NCBI GenBank assembly: GCA_964016885.1 | Contig: OZ024745.1 | Span: 90,706,001 to 90,770,000, forward strand | Length of the DNA: 64,000 nucleotides | Source of the DNA: Eledone cirrhosa | Lineage: Eukaryota | Direction of reading: 5' to 3' | Part shown: positions 13,951 to 26,800 of the stretch, piece after piece | Layout of the letters: every line of letters starts with the position of its first letter | Position numbering within the stretch: the stretch's first letter is position 1 | Notes under the pieces: model-generated | The model's database searches: none | The model's input: the letters and a program-made list of their open reading frames with translations, nothing else | What the model was told of the DNA's origin: nothing | Position numbers and translations under genes: made by a program

Positions 13951-16900
13951 ATGACCTCACTCAGAATAGGCAGCATAAATGCGCGTGGCTTGGGGTCGTC
14001 ATGGAAGCAGGGCCACCTGCTCAACGACCTCAGGTCACTAAACATAGATGTAGTGGCCATCAGCGAGACCAGAATCTCCGAAGCACGGGTCTTCGCACCG
14101 ATCTTCGGCGGCTACGATGTGTACGCATCTCCCAGCCGTCCTGGTTCGGGGGGAGGAGTTGCTGTGCTTTTTCGGAGAGGTTTGGATCTCGCCATACGGG
14201 CCATCTTCCTGGACCCAGAAGGTAAGTTGGTGGTGCTGGACGTGACCAGCGGATACGGGCAAGCTTTCAGGCTAGTGGCCGCCTATGCCCCGACAGGAGC
14301 AGGGCGGCCTGATTTCTTCCGGCGTCTGGAGACCTTTCTTGGAACGTCCCGCTCTTTAGTGTTAGTGGGCGACTGGAACGGGATCTTAGATGCACGCTGG
14401 GACTGTGTGGGATTAGCGGATAGGGGAGGAGGGTGCAAGAGCCTCACCAACCTGCTCAGGCGTTTTGAACTGTCTGACAAGTACCGATTGGATTTCCCGA
14501 ATGTACCAATGTGGACTTGGACAAACCGCATAGGGTCATCCAGATCATATCTAGATAGAGTATTTTGTAGGGAAATAGATAGGTCTAGCATAGGCTGTCC
14601 ACAATTCAAGATAGTCAGCTACACGGACCACAAATTCGTGATCTGTGTGCTTGACTCAGATAGGCTTCATAGACAAGGACCCGGCTACTGGAAGCTAAAC
14701 ACGTCCTTACCAGCGCGCAAGGCCTACAGAGACCGGATCAGCGAACTAGTTAAGCGGGCGTTGACGGGGGCCATCGTCAACAACAAGTGGTGGTTTGCTC
14801 TGAAAAGAGCGATTAGAATAGAGTCCATTAGGTTTAGTAAGGCTTTAGCAATAGAGAAAAATAGAGCAGAGGGAGAACTAGTTAGAAAATTAGATGAGGC
14901 ACTTAGCAAAGGCATCGCGACCGACATGCTTGAGGCGAAACTGGCCCTTGACCAATTCTTCAATGCAAAGCACGAAGGTTGCGTTGACAGAGCTAGGGTG
15001 CGTGCTCTCAGACACGAGGGGACGAAAGCCGTTCAATGGGCCCGAGTGGCAGAGGCACGTCATGGCAACAAAGCCACGATCCGGTCTTTGGTGGACCACG
15101 ACAGGCGCATGCTACTCGATCCCGGGCAAATGTGTGAAGCTTTTCAGCGACACTTCGCACAGCTGTTCAGGGGCAGCGGTGGGCCGGGTCGAGGGATGGA
15201 CTTTAGTGTCTACCTCGACGGACTGCCACAGCTCTCGGCCACTGAGGCGGAGTGTTGCAAAAAGCCGATAACAGCCGCTGAAGTACGGGAGGCAATGACT
15301 GGCTGCACAAGGGGTAAATCGCCTGGTTTGGATGGTCTGCCCTATGAACTTTATGTACAGATGCCAGACTTCTTCTGAGGCCTCTTGGCGGATGTCTACT
15401 GCAAGTGGAAACAGAACGGGAGAATTCCCAGCTCTGTGAGCCGAGGAGCGGTGGCGCTGCTGAGAAAGGATCCGAACAAGGGGGGTAACATAGATAATTT
15501 CAGGCCCATAACTCTGCTAAACACAGAGTTCAAGATTTTGGCCAAGGTGCTAGCAAAGAGGTTGGCGCTTGTCGTTGGTGGGAGAGGCGCAGACATGCGC
15601 CATTCCCGACTGATCCATCCACGACAACCTCCACCTCATGCGATACATTGTAGAGAGGGTAGCTAGGGAACCTGGCACGGGTGGGTCCTTGATCAATTTA
15701 GATCAGTCGAAAGCTTTCGATAGGGTCGACCATCATTACCTAGCGGCAGTCCTGAAGGCGGATGGCTTTGGGCCCGTCTTCAGAGGCTGGATCGCTGCCA
15801 TGCACAGCGACATCTGCTCTGTGGTGAGAGTGAACGGTCACTTTTCAGAACCGTTCAACATGATGCGCTCGGTCTGCCAAGGATGTCCCCTCTCATCCCT
15901 CTTGTACGTATTTACTCTCAAGCCATTACTGCACAAACTGGAGGCGTTAAGGGGCGTCCCGTGCGAACTAGGATGCGGAAGATCCGTGTCAGCATATGCA
16001 GATGATGTCACCGTAGTGGTGTCGAACACCAAACACATCGAGGCGATCGGCACTACACTAAGAGAATACGAAGCGGTGACAGGAGCAATGATCAACCAGA
16101 AAAAGTCAGTGAGCCTGCAGCTCGGTACCTGGAGAGGCAGGTCCATGCCGTCCAACAGCGTCGTCGGGCGCTGGATGGACGGACCGGTTAAATTGCTAGG
16201 GGTCTGGTTCGGTCCGGAGCTCCAGACGGACAAAAACTGGGACGAGGTGTCAAGCAGGGTGGCTTCTCTCACCCAGAAATGGGCGGAGAAGAAGCTATCC
16301 CTGAAAGGTTGAGCGGAGGTGGCTAACGCGTACATCGCGTCCGTCATCTGCTACCGCCTGACCGTCGTACCTTGTCCTAAGCACCGCCTGACTGCGCTGG
16401 AGCGTTTGCTCTTTCGCTTTTTGTGGAAGGGACGCGCTCCGATGTTCAGGTGGTCCAACTGTTGTCAACACCCGCTACGTGGTGGGCTGGGCATGCTGAT
16501 GCTGATGATGCACAGACACGCGCTCAGGCTACGACATCTCCACCTCTTCCTCGACGGTGATCAGGTGTGGTCGCTGTTTGCTAGATGCGTCTTTCCCCAG
16601 CTCGTTTCCTTGACGGAGTTGCAGTCCTGGGTCAAGCGAAGACCGAGAGGGAGCGCTTAGAGACTGGAATGTCTTCAGGCGCTCACAGCCCTCGACCAAT
16701 CAGGCAATGTGATCGGTGGAAACTCCACCGCGGCGTTCTATAGAGGATTAGTGGAGGTGAAAAGCGACGACGTACTTGGGGAAACTCTAGGTCTCGACGA
16801 AAATCAACTAGCCAATCTCTTCGGAAGAACTTTCGGGTCGGCCTATGGACAACTTCCAGAAATCCCTGGCCTGGCAGTGCTACCGAGCAGCCTTGCTAGT

Positions 16901-17360
16901 TCAGGATAAACTCTACAGGCATGGAGGTGCCATCAGCCGGGCATGTCCGAGATGCGCGCAGGGTAACGAAACCGTCCTGCACACACTCGTCCAGTGTCCG
17001 AGAATTGCTGACTTGTGGGCTTATGTCGAACACCTGCTGTCGCATGTAGGACGGATCTGGCTATCAGCTGAGTCCATCGTGAGGATTGCCCCGCCCTCTT
17101 CCTTTAGCCGGGAAGGGCAGGCAGTTTTTATCTGTCTGGTGGCCATGGCGAAAGAGATAGTATGGTGGACACATTTGAAAGGGCTGAAGACGAGCACTTA
17201 CCTCTTCGGTGATGCCCTGATTAACTTTTTCAAATTTCATTTGAAAAGGAAAATCAGGGTAGAGAGGGAAGTGCTCTTTTCCCAGCATTTTGTTGAAAGA
17301 TGGGTGAGAGAAGCAAGAATGGCTCGAGTGAATGGGCCTACTCTGAGTATGTGTCTGTAA
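13951..17360 (+). pseudogene. Tx1 ORF2 (AP endonuclease - reverse transcriptase - CCHC), broken
   Basis: SINARGL, SET, GDWN, YLDR, TDH, GPGYWKLN, KSPGLDGLP, FRPITLLN, LDQSKAFDRV, QGCPLS, YADD, CPRC.....ETVLH.LVQC; in-frame stops at 15376, 16310, 16658 and frameshifts. Confidence 0.92.
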
Positions 17361-17597
17361 ATTAAAGGTGGAAAACTGGGAGAGGGCACTTGCCCTGGTG
17401 GTCAGGGTTACTGTGGCCTTTTAATGGGCTTTCTCCACAAATGTCCCTCCGAATCTCCCCCCTATTAGGGAATTTTTCATTGTTATTTTTATTACATCCT
17501 CTGTTTTTGTTTTTTACACGCAGAAATGCCCATTTGTACAGTCCTGTACTGTCCTTAATGTCTACTTTATGTAAACCCTTGTGGTTAATAAAGAAAG

Positions 17598-17634
<37 letters not shown>

Positions 17635-17865
17635 GTTGCATTTATCTTACTTTATGTTCATACGAGTTATCACCAAGTTCCAACCAGTGACCTCAAGAGA
17701 CAACAAGGTCCGCCATGTTCAAGAAAGAACATACATACTCACACATGCGTCTTTAGTGTTTAGACTTGTGATGTACTTATATTGACAGAATCTTCCTTAG
17801 TATATGGGCAGTTCCCATTAGTACTATCTTTTGTATTTCTCCTATACGCGGGTTTCCTGGAATTT

Positions 17866-17969
17866 GCGATATGTAATCATTAGACCCCTTATGCGATATG
17901 TAATCATTAGACCCCTTATGCGATATGTAATCATTAGACCCCTTATGTGATATGTAATCATTAGACCCC

Positions 17970-17973
<4 letters not shown>
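17866..17973. repeat. 27-bp tandem repeat x4 running into (TTA)n
   Basis: gcgatatgtaatcattagaccccttat x4. Confidence 0.9.
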
Positions 17974-18002
<29 letters not shown>

Positions 18003-19059
18003 GAATGGCATACATGAGGTGAAACAATATTTATCTATGGCACTACAATCTAAATTCAAATCATGTGAAAATCAACTATGATTTTCATCTCTTCGAGGTC
18101 AAGAATATAAAATACCAATATTACACAAGATTTCATCAATTGATTATGTTCCTCCATTCCAATACTGGCATTAAGCCAATAATGATTTCTAATGACCAAA
18201 AATTATTCTAAAGGCAGTTGAACACTGAACTAAACACTATACTTGTCTATCTAAATAGATGCCCCATTGTTCCAAGATCAAATTCTACTAATGTTGATTT
18301 GCTTGCCATCCTACCAGGACAGATGAATACAATTTGCTTGAGGCTTCTATTAACTCCTATTATTAGGAATTTCAAATCAAAATGTCAATACTGGCCAGTA
18401 ACAAAACCTATTATTTTTGGTAACATTGTACACCGAGTGGGTTGGTAAAGAGATGTTAAAGAGAGGAATTCATTCAGCTAATGCTGAAAATAACTTCAGG
18501 AATCAACTATCAGGTTATTGGCTGAACACAGATCTCTGGAATAATATCAGGCTTCAAAAAACAATTTATTTCTATGTTAATGAGAAAATGTGATGAAAAG
18601 ATGAAAATGGAAGGAAAAAGAAAAGAAAAAAAAACAGGACAGACAGGCAGACAGGCAAACATGACACATATTTGCACAGGTCACTCCTTACATACACTTC
18701 TACATGATTGTACACACATACAAACTCAGTCATAGACATCACTAGAAAATACAGAACCAAACACATACATACACTAAAATGCAAACACAAAACTAAATAT
18801 ATACATACACACAAGACAGAATTGCTAGATGAATATAGTCAATAACAAACAAAAAAGATATTTATTTTGTGGAGAAATCAATAAAAAAAAAAAATAAAAA
18901 AAATCACCTCACACACCCTGCTTATATTGTTTGATGTCAGTAAACCTTACCACCACATCATAACATCGCCTACCCTTACAGCTTTTTCTCCAGCTTTATC
19001 TAACAATAACCACACCCTAGACTACCAAGCTGCAGCAATAACAACAATAACAATGAGCT

Positions 19060-19262
19060 TCTACAGTTACCCAACCTGCTAGAAATAGCATTGAAATCTC
19101 CCTCATAATCACACACCCAAGACAAAGGACACATTGGATAATGTAGTCCTAGTCAAATTTTGAATAAAATAATGGGATTGTCACAACTGGAACGCCTGGT
19201 CATAGATCTGCTGGTTCAGAACTAACCTGCAACTAAACATTAACAACAAGAATAACAACAAA
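19060..19262 (+). repeat. dispersed repeat ending in (AAC)n (unclassified retroposon 3' end)
   Basis: aacctgctagaaatagc...ggacacattggataatgtagtcc...gatcatag.tctgct...aacaacaa recurs at ~25880-26160, ~60060-60250 and ~60435-60610. Confidence 0.6.
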
Positions 19263-19605
19263 AATCATGCAATTTTCCTGCTTCCAAATAGAACCATCAT
19301 TCTATGCAAAGAAAGAATTCAAGCACTCAAACAACCAACAAGTGTTGAAAATATTTAAATATATTTTGGACGAAAACCCATATAACAGTACGCTAAAATA
19401 CCAGAGTAGAGAACCTGTAGTAATGTTAATAATGGGTCCACTTAAGGGGATTTTTAAAATTCACATAACAGTGAGCAAAAATATCAAAATGTAGTAATGT
19501 TTAATAATGGGTCTCCTTAAGGGTACTTTTAAATTCCATACAACAGTGAGCTAAAATAATAAATGTTAATGATGGGTCCACTTAAAGGTACTTTTAAATC
19601 TAATG

Positions 19606-19938
19606 CTATCTAAAGCATTGGGACCAGGCTTCTAGTCTGAAGACAACTGGCTATCTCAAGTATTGGGACCAGGCTTCTAGTCTGAAGACAACTGGCTATC
19701 TCAAGTATTGGGACCAGGCTTCTAGTCTGAAGACAACTGGCTATCTCAAGTATTGGGACCAGGCTTCTAGTCTGAAGACAACTGGCTATCTCAAGCATTG
19801 GGACCAGGCTTCTAGTCTGAAGACAACTGGCTATCTCAAGTATTGGGACCAGGCTTCTAGTCTGAAGACAACTGGCTATCTAAAGCATTGGGACCAGGCT
19901 TCTAGTCTGAAGACAACTGGCTATCTAAAGCATTGGGA
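19606..19938. repeat. 45-bp minisatellite (~7.4 copies)
   Basis: ctatctcaagtattgggaccaggcttctagtctgaagacaactgg. Confidence 0.95.
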
Positions 19939-20367
19939 TTGGGCTTTTTGTCTGAGGAACTGGCTATCTCAAAGTATTGCTTCCTTACAGCACCTTCTTT
20001 ACACAGTGAAAGTGTTTGTAGGTTTAATTCTCCAGTAGAGGCTCATTGTCAGGGATCCAGCCATATGAGTAATTCCTTGGAAGACTATTATATTTACTGC
20101 CAGTCCCACCTGCAGACAGTGGCACTCAGCTGCACTACATACAGGAAATAAAAAGTAGTAGCAATCCATGCATTTCAGTTTCTTCTCTTTCCTCTGCCAC
20201 TCAGAAGTTCTACAAAATGTCATGATGCTAGACTTTCTCATTTGACCAAGTCATTCAAAAACAGCAAATACTATCAGTAAAAATAATTATAGCAATCACT
20301 AGCCCCCAACAAAACCACAACTACAACATTTTAAGCTGGATTTTAAAAATATAAGAGAGTGACTTAC

Positions 20368-20501
20368 CTGAGAAAGTGGTCATCTTTAACTTTGTTTTCT
20401 TCTCCCATTGCTATAACTTTCGAAGTAGTGCTTGTCACCATAACACCATCCTTGATAAATTTCCTAGTCTTTGTGATGGTTCTGTAATGGCTCTTCGTTT
20501 C
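20368..20501 (-). CDS. SLK: SLK/STK10 exon, start of C-terminal coiled-coil region
   Basis: 134 nt; ETKSHYRTITKTRKFIKDGVMVTSTTSKVIAMGEENKVKDDHFL(R), matching the SLK/LOK motif TLK.TRKF.VDGVEV.VTTSKI. Confidence 0.93.
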
Positions 20502-21924
20502 CTACAACAAAAGTAACATCATAATAATTAGGAAATGCTACAATAAGTAGTTTTAATAATTCTTCAAAAAGAGAGTCAATCAAACTCTAATAATGGTCCA
20601 AGATATTAAAAAAAAGCTCAATAACAAAATAAAAGGGTAAAAATGTATCATGAACAATAAACAGTATGGTTCAAGAACTGAAATAATGATGGAAATCTCG
20701 TGTTGACATTCTATTATACTTTGGAGCAATCAAGCTGAATGTAAGAGCCATTCCTTCCAAGTAATTGAAATTTAATTTAAAAAAACATCCAGCTGATGAT
20801 TTTATTCAAAGAATTCTGTAACACACACAATACACATTAAAAAAATAAAAAGGAACCATAGTATAATTTGCCTTTTTCTATTGGTAAATTCCTAATTAGA
20901 AAATCTTGTTTCTTCTCCATATTAGAACTCACAGTCTCTGAAACCATGGAATTTTAATATTTCCCAATTCCTTGGACTCACACCATCATAACCCTGACTC
21001 ATTCTGCCTCGCAGCCAAACAACAGTGCATGACTCACTTCGAGTGCACTCATCATTAACTGGTACCCTTCTTGATGATAAGTGTATTCATGTCAGAGTGA
21101 CTCAGTGCCTCGGACACTGCATGTATAAGCCACACAAATGCAGGGTGCAGCTGAAACATACTACTCAGGCTGGGGTGTAGTGTCTGTCACTCCCTCCCCC
21201 TTTCCCTTTCTTTCATTGCTTAATTTCTTTTCTTTTTTTTCTTACCTTCTCTTTTTCGTTTCCTTATTGCCATCACATTTTCTCTTTAGTTTAATATACT
21301 TTAAACCCTGAGGCTCACAGATGAGATGATGAAGAAACACAGTGAGTGGAGAGATGCTGTCCTGAGAAGGACCTGTCCAACCCATATAAACATGGAAGAA
21401 TGAACGTAAAAATGATGATGAACTACCATCACTGTAATTACCCTACCTTTCATTATAGACATATCTAATTCATTTGAATTCAATCTGTTGACCATATTCT
21501 CACACCATGTTGAGTGGTACATTTCACTGTAACCACTGCAATATAACAACTGACTAACTCATTGGAGTAATTTACAAAACACTAAAAAAAACTTCATTTT
21601 CCTTTACTTTGACAAGAGGAAGTACTCTAAACTATTGACTATAACCAATTTAACCTGGTGAATTTAACCTTTAGGACACTGAATTTTTGTTATGAATTAC
21701 TTCCCTCGACACTGTATTATGTATTAAGGAGAGATTATTCTATCAGCGATTTATGTCACCGACAACATCAAGAAGGTTAAAGAACAGCAAGAATAGCTAT
21801 TGTTAATACTTTTGAAAGAGTATTAATAATAATACAAATGAGGTTAGATAGCTACAACCAAAAGTCAAACTGGTTTGTAGACCAAACTGTCCAAGTAACG
21901 GCCACACTCTGATAGGTTTGTGAT

Positions 21925-22260
21925 AGAGCCTATAGCAGTGGAGACTTCTGGTGTTCTTAGACCCCAGACAACATTCTATTCACTGCTATCAGAGCCTAGT
22001 TGGCCGCCCGCAAGTGCGAGCCCCACGAGGTGGAGTGGTTTCTTATCAAACCAGTAGCAGTGGAGACCTCTGGCGTTCTTGGCCCCCGGACCACATCCCT
22101 ATTCACTGCTATCAGAGCAGAGTTGGCCGCCCGTAAATACAAGCCCCGTGAGGTGGAGTGGCTGTTTCAGCACATCTCCCTCACTATCCTCCAGGCAATG
22201 TATTCTCCATCCTATTGGCTGGGACCCAGAGGCGGTGGGTAAGTTAGTTGGAGGTGGAAG
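21925..22260 (+). mobile_element. CRE-clade-like RLE retrotransposon C-terminal remnant with internal duplication
   Basis: PVAVETSGVLGP...EWLFQHISLTIL(Q/G)NVFSIL resembles the CRE-type end P.AVET.G..G...L.QRIS..IQRGN; ~125-bp direct duplication (21934/22057). Confidence 0.6.
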
Positions 22261-23715
22261 ATACTCATTCGGATGTCACTTTCTCTCTATTTCTTTAAAA
22301 ATCTCTTCAAAGTTCATTACATGCAAATTTTCACTGGTTTTGAGTCTCACTTCATTGGGAATTAATACCTTTTTTTACTATGTTTATTATAATAACATTT
22401 GTGACCATTGTAACTCTTATGTGTTCCCATACTTGATAGTTATACAAGGTCGTACATCTGTGTATTTACTGTATGGTACACTGTGTAGTAAATAGACTTT
22501 ATTACAAACACTTATTATTATAACCTTTAGAACCATTGTAACTCTTGTGTGTTCCTATACTTCACAGTTATACAAGGTATGATAGTTAAACTGTGTAGTG
22601 ACTATCAGGCTTTATTACAATATTTATTGAGTGAGGAAACTATTGCTAATGGTCACAATATAATTATAGCTTTTCATATTTCAGTTTTTTCATAATACTA
22701 CAAAACTAAGTGTTGTTTGAATATGAAAATATAATTGTTTTATAGATAGTAAATCACTTTAAACTAAAAGTAATACTGAATTAGAACCATTAAGAACCAT
22801 TATATCTACCAATCATTATCTAAAGTAAATATTAAGAAGAGGAATTAAGTTAAAAAGACACATTGTTGAGATCAAGATTTATGAAAATAATTACAATATT
22901 GAGGAAAAGAAATTTGTAGAAATTTGTAGATGCAATTTCAAACAGCACTTATGTTTTCATAAGCCCAGCTGTTCTTTGATCAACTAACTTCCTAGAATAT
23001 CGATTTTATTAATTCTGGCAAAATATCTGTATATAGAGAGAGAAGTTATCAATTAACCTTTCATTCTATATTCTCCATATTACACACCATACACTCACTC
23101 TCCTCCAAACCAACCCACGCCACCCTTGCAAAACTAATCTAACTGAAAAATTGCAATGAAATCGATGAAAATATTTTCGGGGTCAGTGAAAAGCTATGCT
23201 AAGGTCAGCATGAAGCTGTTGGTAGAAGAAGCCAAAACAAAATTAAAAAATAGCCTTAGAGTATTATCATGAGCAATACAATGATGTTTTGTCTTTGTAA
23301 TGAGTTGGAAACAGAAAAATATACACAATAGCTAATATGAGAAGAGAAAGAGATATACATAGGAAAAAATATAATTGCAATAGATTAAAATACCATTATA
23401 TATTTGCTGATAATTGATAAAATACAATAAAACTTGGAACTTAGTTGAATGAAACAAGAATATCAACACCAAAAATATTTTAAAAAAGTAATAGCCATGG
23501 TAGTAATAATAGTTGTGATAGTACAGAAGATCTTGAGTAAATATGATTATTAAACTGTAGTTAGTGAACATTCATCCCTTGTAATTTAAACAATAATTAT
23601 TAAACTGTAGTGAGCATCCATCCCTTTGTAATTTAAACAATTAGAGATGTGGCTGAATAAAGAATTAAAAATAGTAATAATAGTTGTAGTAATAGCAGCA
23701 GCAACAACAGCAGTA

Positions 23716-23768
<53 letters not shown>

Positions 23769-23844
23769 TGTTTCTAATTTAGGCACAAGGCCAGCAATTA
23801 CCCAGTGCATTACTGTCTCAATCCACACTGCCTGGACATTATGT

Positions 23845-25140
23845 TTAACATCCAAAAAATGAAGGAATTGATAAGATCTGAATACATTCGGAGAGTAAGG
23901 AGCATATTAAAGTCACATCTGAACAGTAGGAATGCCATAAGTGCAGTAAATTCCTGAGCTGTGTCTATTATTAGGTACAGTGCGGGAATTCTGAAATGGA
24001 ATGTTGCTGAACAAAAAGAAATGGATAGGAAGACTAGGAAGCTATTGACTATCTACAACATGTTCCACAAGAGGAGTGATGTTGACAGACTCTTCTTAAG
24101 GAGATCTGAAGGTGGAAGAGGTCTTATCAGCATAGAGGACTGTGTTCAGATGGAGAAAAACAACCTACACAAATACGTGACTGATAGTAAGGAGCCAATG
24201 CTCAGAATTGTACTGAAGGAGAGGACAATAGACCAGGGGATGTCCAAGGAGGAAATAACAAGGAGAAAGAGCAGCCTTCATGAAAAATCCCTTCATAGTA
24301 CCTTCTTTGAGAAAACTGAATTCAGAGATCCACAGACATGGAACTGGTTGAAAAGAGGAGACCCTAAAAAGGCTACAGAAGGAATGCTAATGGCTGCGCA
24401 AGAGCGGCCCTCAAAACGAAGTGGTTGAAACACCATATTTACAAGGAGGAGGCTAGCCCACTGTGCAGGATCTGTGGAGAGAGGGAGGAGACTGTGGCTC
24501 ACATTGTATCCGAGTGTAAACACCTAGCCCAGACTCACTATAAGGGCTGGAGACATGATGTGATGGGCAGGGTGATCCACTGGCACCTATGCAAAGTAAA
24601 CAATTTACCACATTCTGAGAAGTGGTATGAGCATAAGCCAGAGTCGGTGATAGAAAACGATCAGGTGAAGGTGTTGTGGGATTTTAGGATACAGACGGAC
24701 AAGAAACTGGAACACAATAGACCTGACCTGGTGGTTTTGGACAAGGAAAAATGATTGTGCCTGATTGTGGATGTGGCCTGCCCATTCGACACAAGAGTGC
24801 AAGAGAAGGAGAGGGAGAAAATTAACCGATACCAGCACTTAAAGTGGGAGGTAAAAAGGATTTGGAACTGCCATGAAGTCAAAGTGGTCCCGATTGTCAT
24901 AGGCGCACTAGGTACTATCTCAAAAAGTTTCCAGGGCTGGTTAAAGAAAATTGGCCCCGCCACGCTTTTTGGAACGCTTCAAAAGGCATGCTTGCTGGGA
25001 ACAGCAAGAACCCTCCGATACGTCCTGAATATCTGAGGCTGCAGGTAGAGGCTTGATATTCATTTCAACACACTTTCCAGTTAACTAACATCAATGACTG
25101 AGACTCAAAGAACAATAATAATAATAATAATAATAATAAT
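23845..25140 (+). mobile_element. 5'-truncated R4/Dong-clade retrotransposon (RT C-terminus, CCHC, RLE), (AAT)n tail
   Basis: DRKTRKLLT..DVDRL.L.R.EGGRGL, CRICGEREETVAHIVSEC, RHD, RPD..D; stop and frameshift; preceded by an inverted SINE 3' fragment (23768-23815) and (AAT)n. Confidence 0.88.
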
Positions 25141-26379
25141 AGCCAAAAAAACAAACAATTGCCAGTCGTCAAGTTTCATTTTTAGCAGACTGGTTGTATC
25201 TATTGACATAAGTAAACTAACAATCAAGAATCTTGCTGTTTGCTAGCTGTTGTCGTTTCAGAAATATATTGCTTAAAGTGGCTTTAGGCTGGATTATACA
25301 GTATGGTTAACATTCTACTACAACTAAAACAACAAATACTATTCTTCCCAACACCACTGTCAGTTTCACTTCCATATAACACTGCTTGTTATCATATAGA
25401 GAAATCTCTAGAAAGCAATTCAATATATATTGCAAATATATAGCGTAACCCATTACTGATAATAATTACTTCTGAACAACAAAAAAATCTAAAACTACTG
25501 CTAAAACTACTACTACTATTACTACTACTACAATATTTAAATTCCTCATTCTTAATGATCAGAAAATATTTCTAACTAAGCCCATACAGTTGCATCCAGG
25601 GCAAAAACCACACTGTTCATCAGCAAGAAATCACTGGCTAGATTTTATGGGCAAAACCAACCAGGAGCAGACCCAAGGGTAGACCCCTGAGCAAGATAGT
25701 TGTATAACATCCATAAACTTGGCTGGTTTCGCTTGGAGATCCAGGAGTGTTTGAGGACTCTGCCCTCATGACTCATGACCCTTTCAGAAATACGTTGGCG
25801 AAAAAAAAAGAAGCCCATACAGTTTCAAGTGGTGGTGATGATCATGATTCTTAACATGAGCAAATGAGTGAATTTCTGCATAGTTGCTCAACCTGCTATG
25901 AATCTTAATTATTTGTATAACCGCAGATGCTGGCACAAATTTCTCTAATCATCACATATAATTTCGGTACAAAACTCCCAAATCTCCTTCAAATTATACT
26001 TTGCTATCTTATAAAAGAGTGGACTTATTGGATAATATAAAAATAGATATTACTAAGGCTCGAAAAAAAAAAACAAAAAAAAAACTAGACAGTCATGGTT
26101 GGAATGTATTTGATCTTAGATCTGCTCAGTTACGATCAGTCTGGATCTGAATAACAACACCATCAAAATCTTAGACTTTTTTTTCCTTTCCAAACCATCC
26201 TAATCTTATTTGAGGGGGAAAAGAGATTGCTAAGGTGTAGTTATTCCATAACTTCATGAGTCTATTGATGATGTCCCTGACTACCAACAACTATATATAA
26301 ACTGACATTCAATTTCTCATTATAAACATCATCAGTTCTCATTAGATGTTCATATCAACCTCAAGTAGTTCTTGAAAAT

Positions 26380-26800
26380 AGTGATGACAAAGATACCAGC
26401 AGTGATTGTGATGACAAAGATGATGACAGTGAACAATACTAGTGGTGATGATGATGAGTGAAAGATACCAGTTGTGATGATGATGAGAGTGAAAGATACC
26501 ACTGATGATGATGAGTGAAAGATACCAGTGCTGATGATGAGTAAAAGATAGCAGTGGTGGTGGTGATGATAAGTAAAGGATACCAGTGATGATGGTGATG
26601 ATGATGAGTGAAAGTTACCAGTAATGGGGATGATGATGAGTGAAAGATACCAGTGATGGTGATGATGAGTAAAAGATACCAGTGGTGATGATGATGATGA
26701 TGAGTAAAAGATAGCAGTGGTGATGATGGTGATGATGATAATGAGTGAAAGATACCAATGGTGCTGGTGATGATCGTGATGATCAACATCATCATCACAT
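26380..26800. repeat. degenerate (GAT/GGT)-rich tandem repeat
   Basis: recurrent gatgagtgaaagataccag spaced by variable gat/ggt runs. Confidence 0.85.

Larger units (their letters stand above)
11629..17633 (+). mobile_element. full-length Tx1-clade LINE (~6 kb), disrupted by stops and frameshifts
   Basis: ORF1 with CCHC knuckle; ORF2 APE + RT + CCHC; AATAAA then (ATT)n; (TTA)13 at the 5' junction. Confidence 0.9.

Noticed and set aside
13951-17360. Active autonomous retrotransposon or domesticated RT gene (also the RTE copies)
   Set aside because: Every RT-bearing copy has stops, frameshifts or a lost or mutated YADD
446-20367. Next SLK exon (expected phase-2 start, RQELRELR-like)
   Set aside because: No supportable candidate found; the donor-like site near 7994 has no matching open frame. 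The exon probably lies left of the window, though a small exon could have been missed
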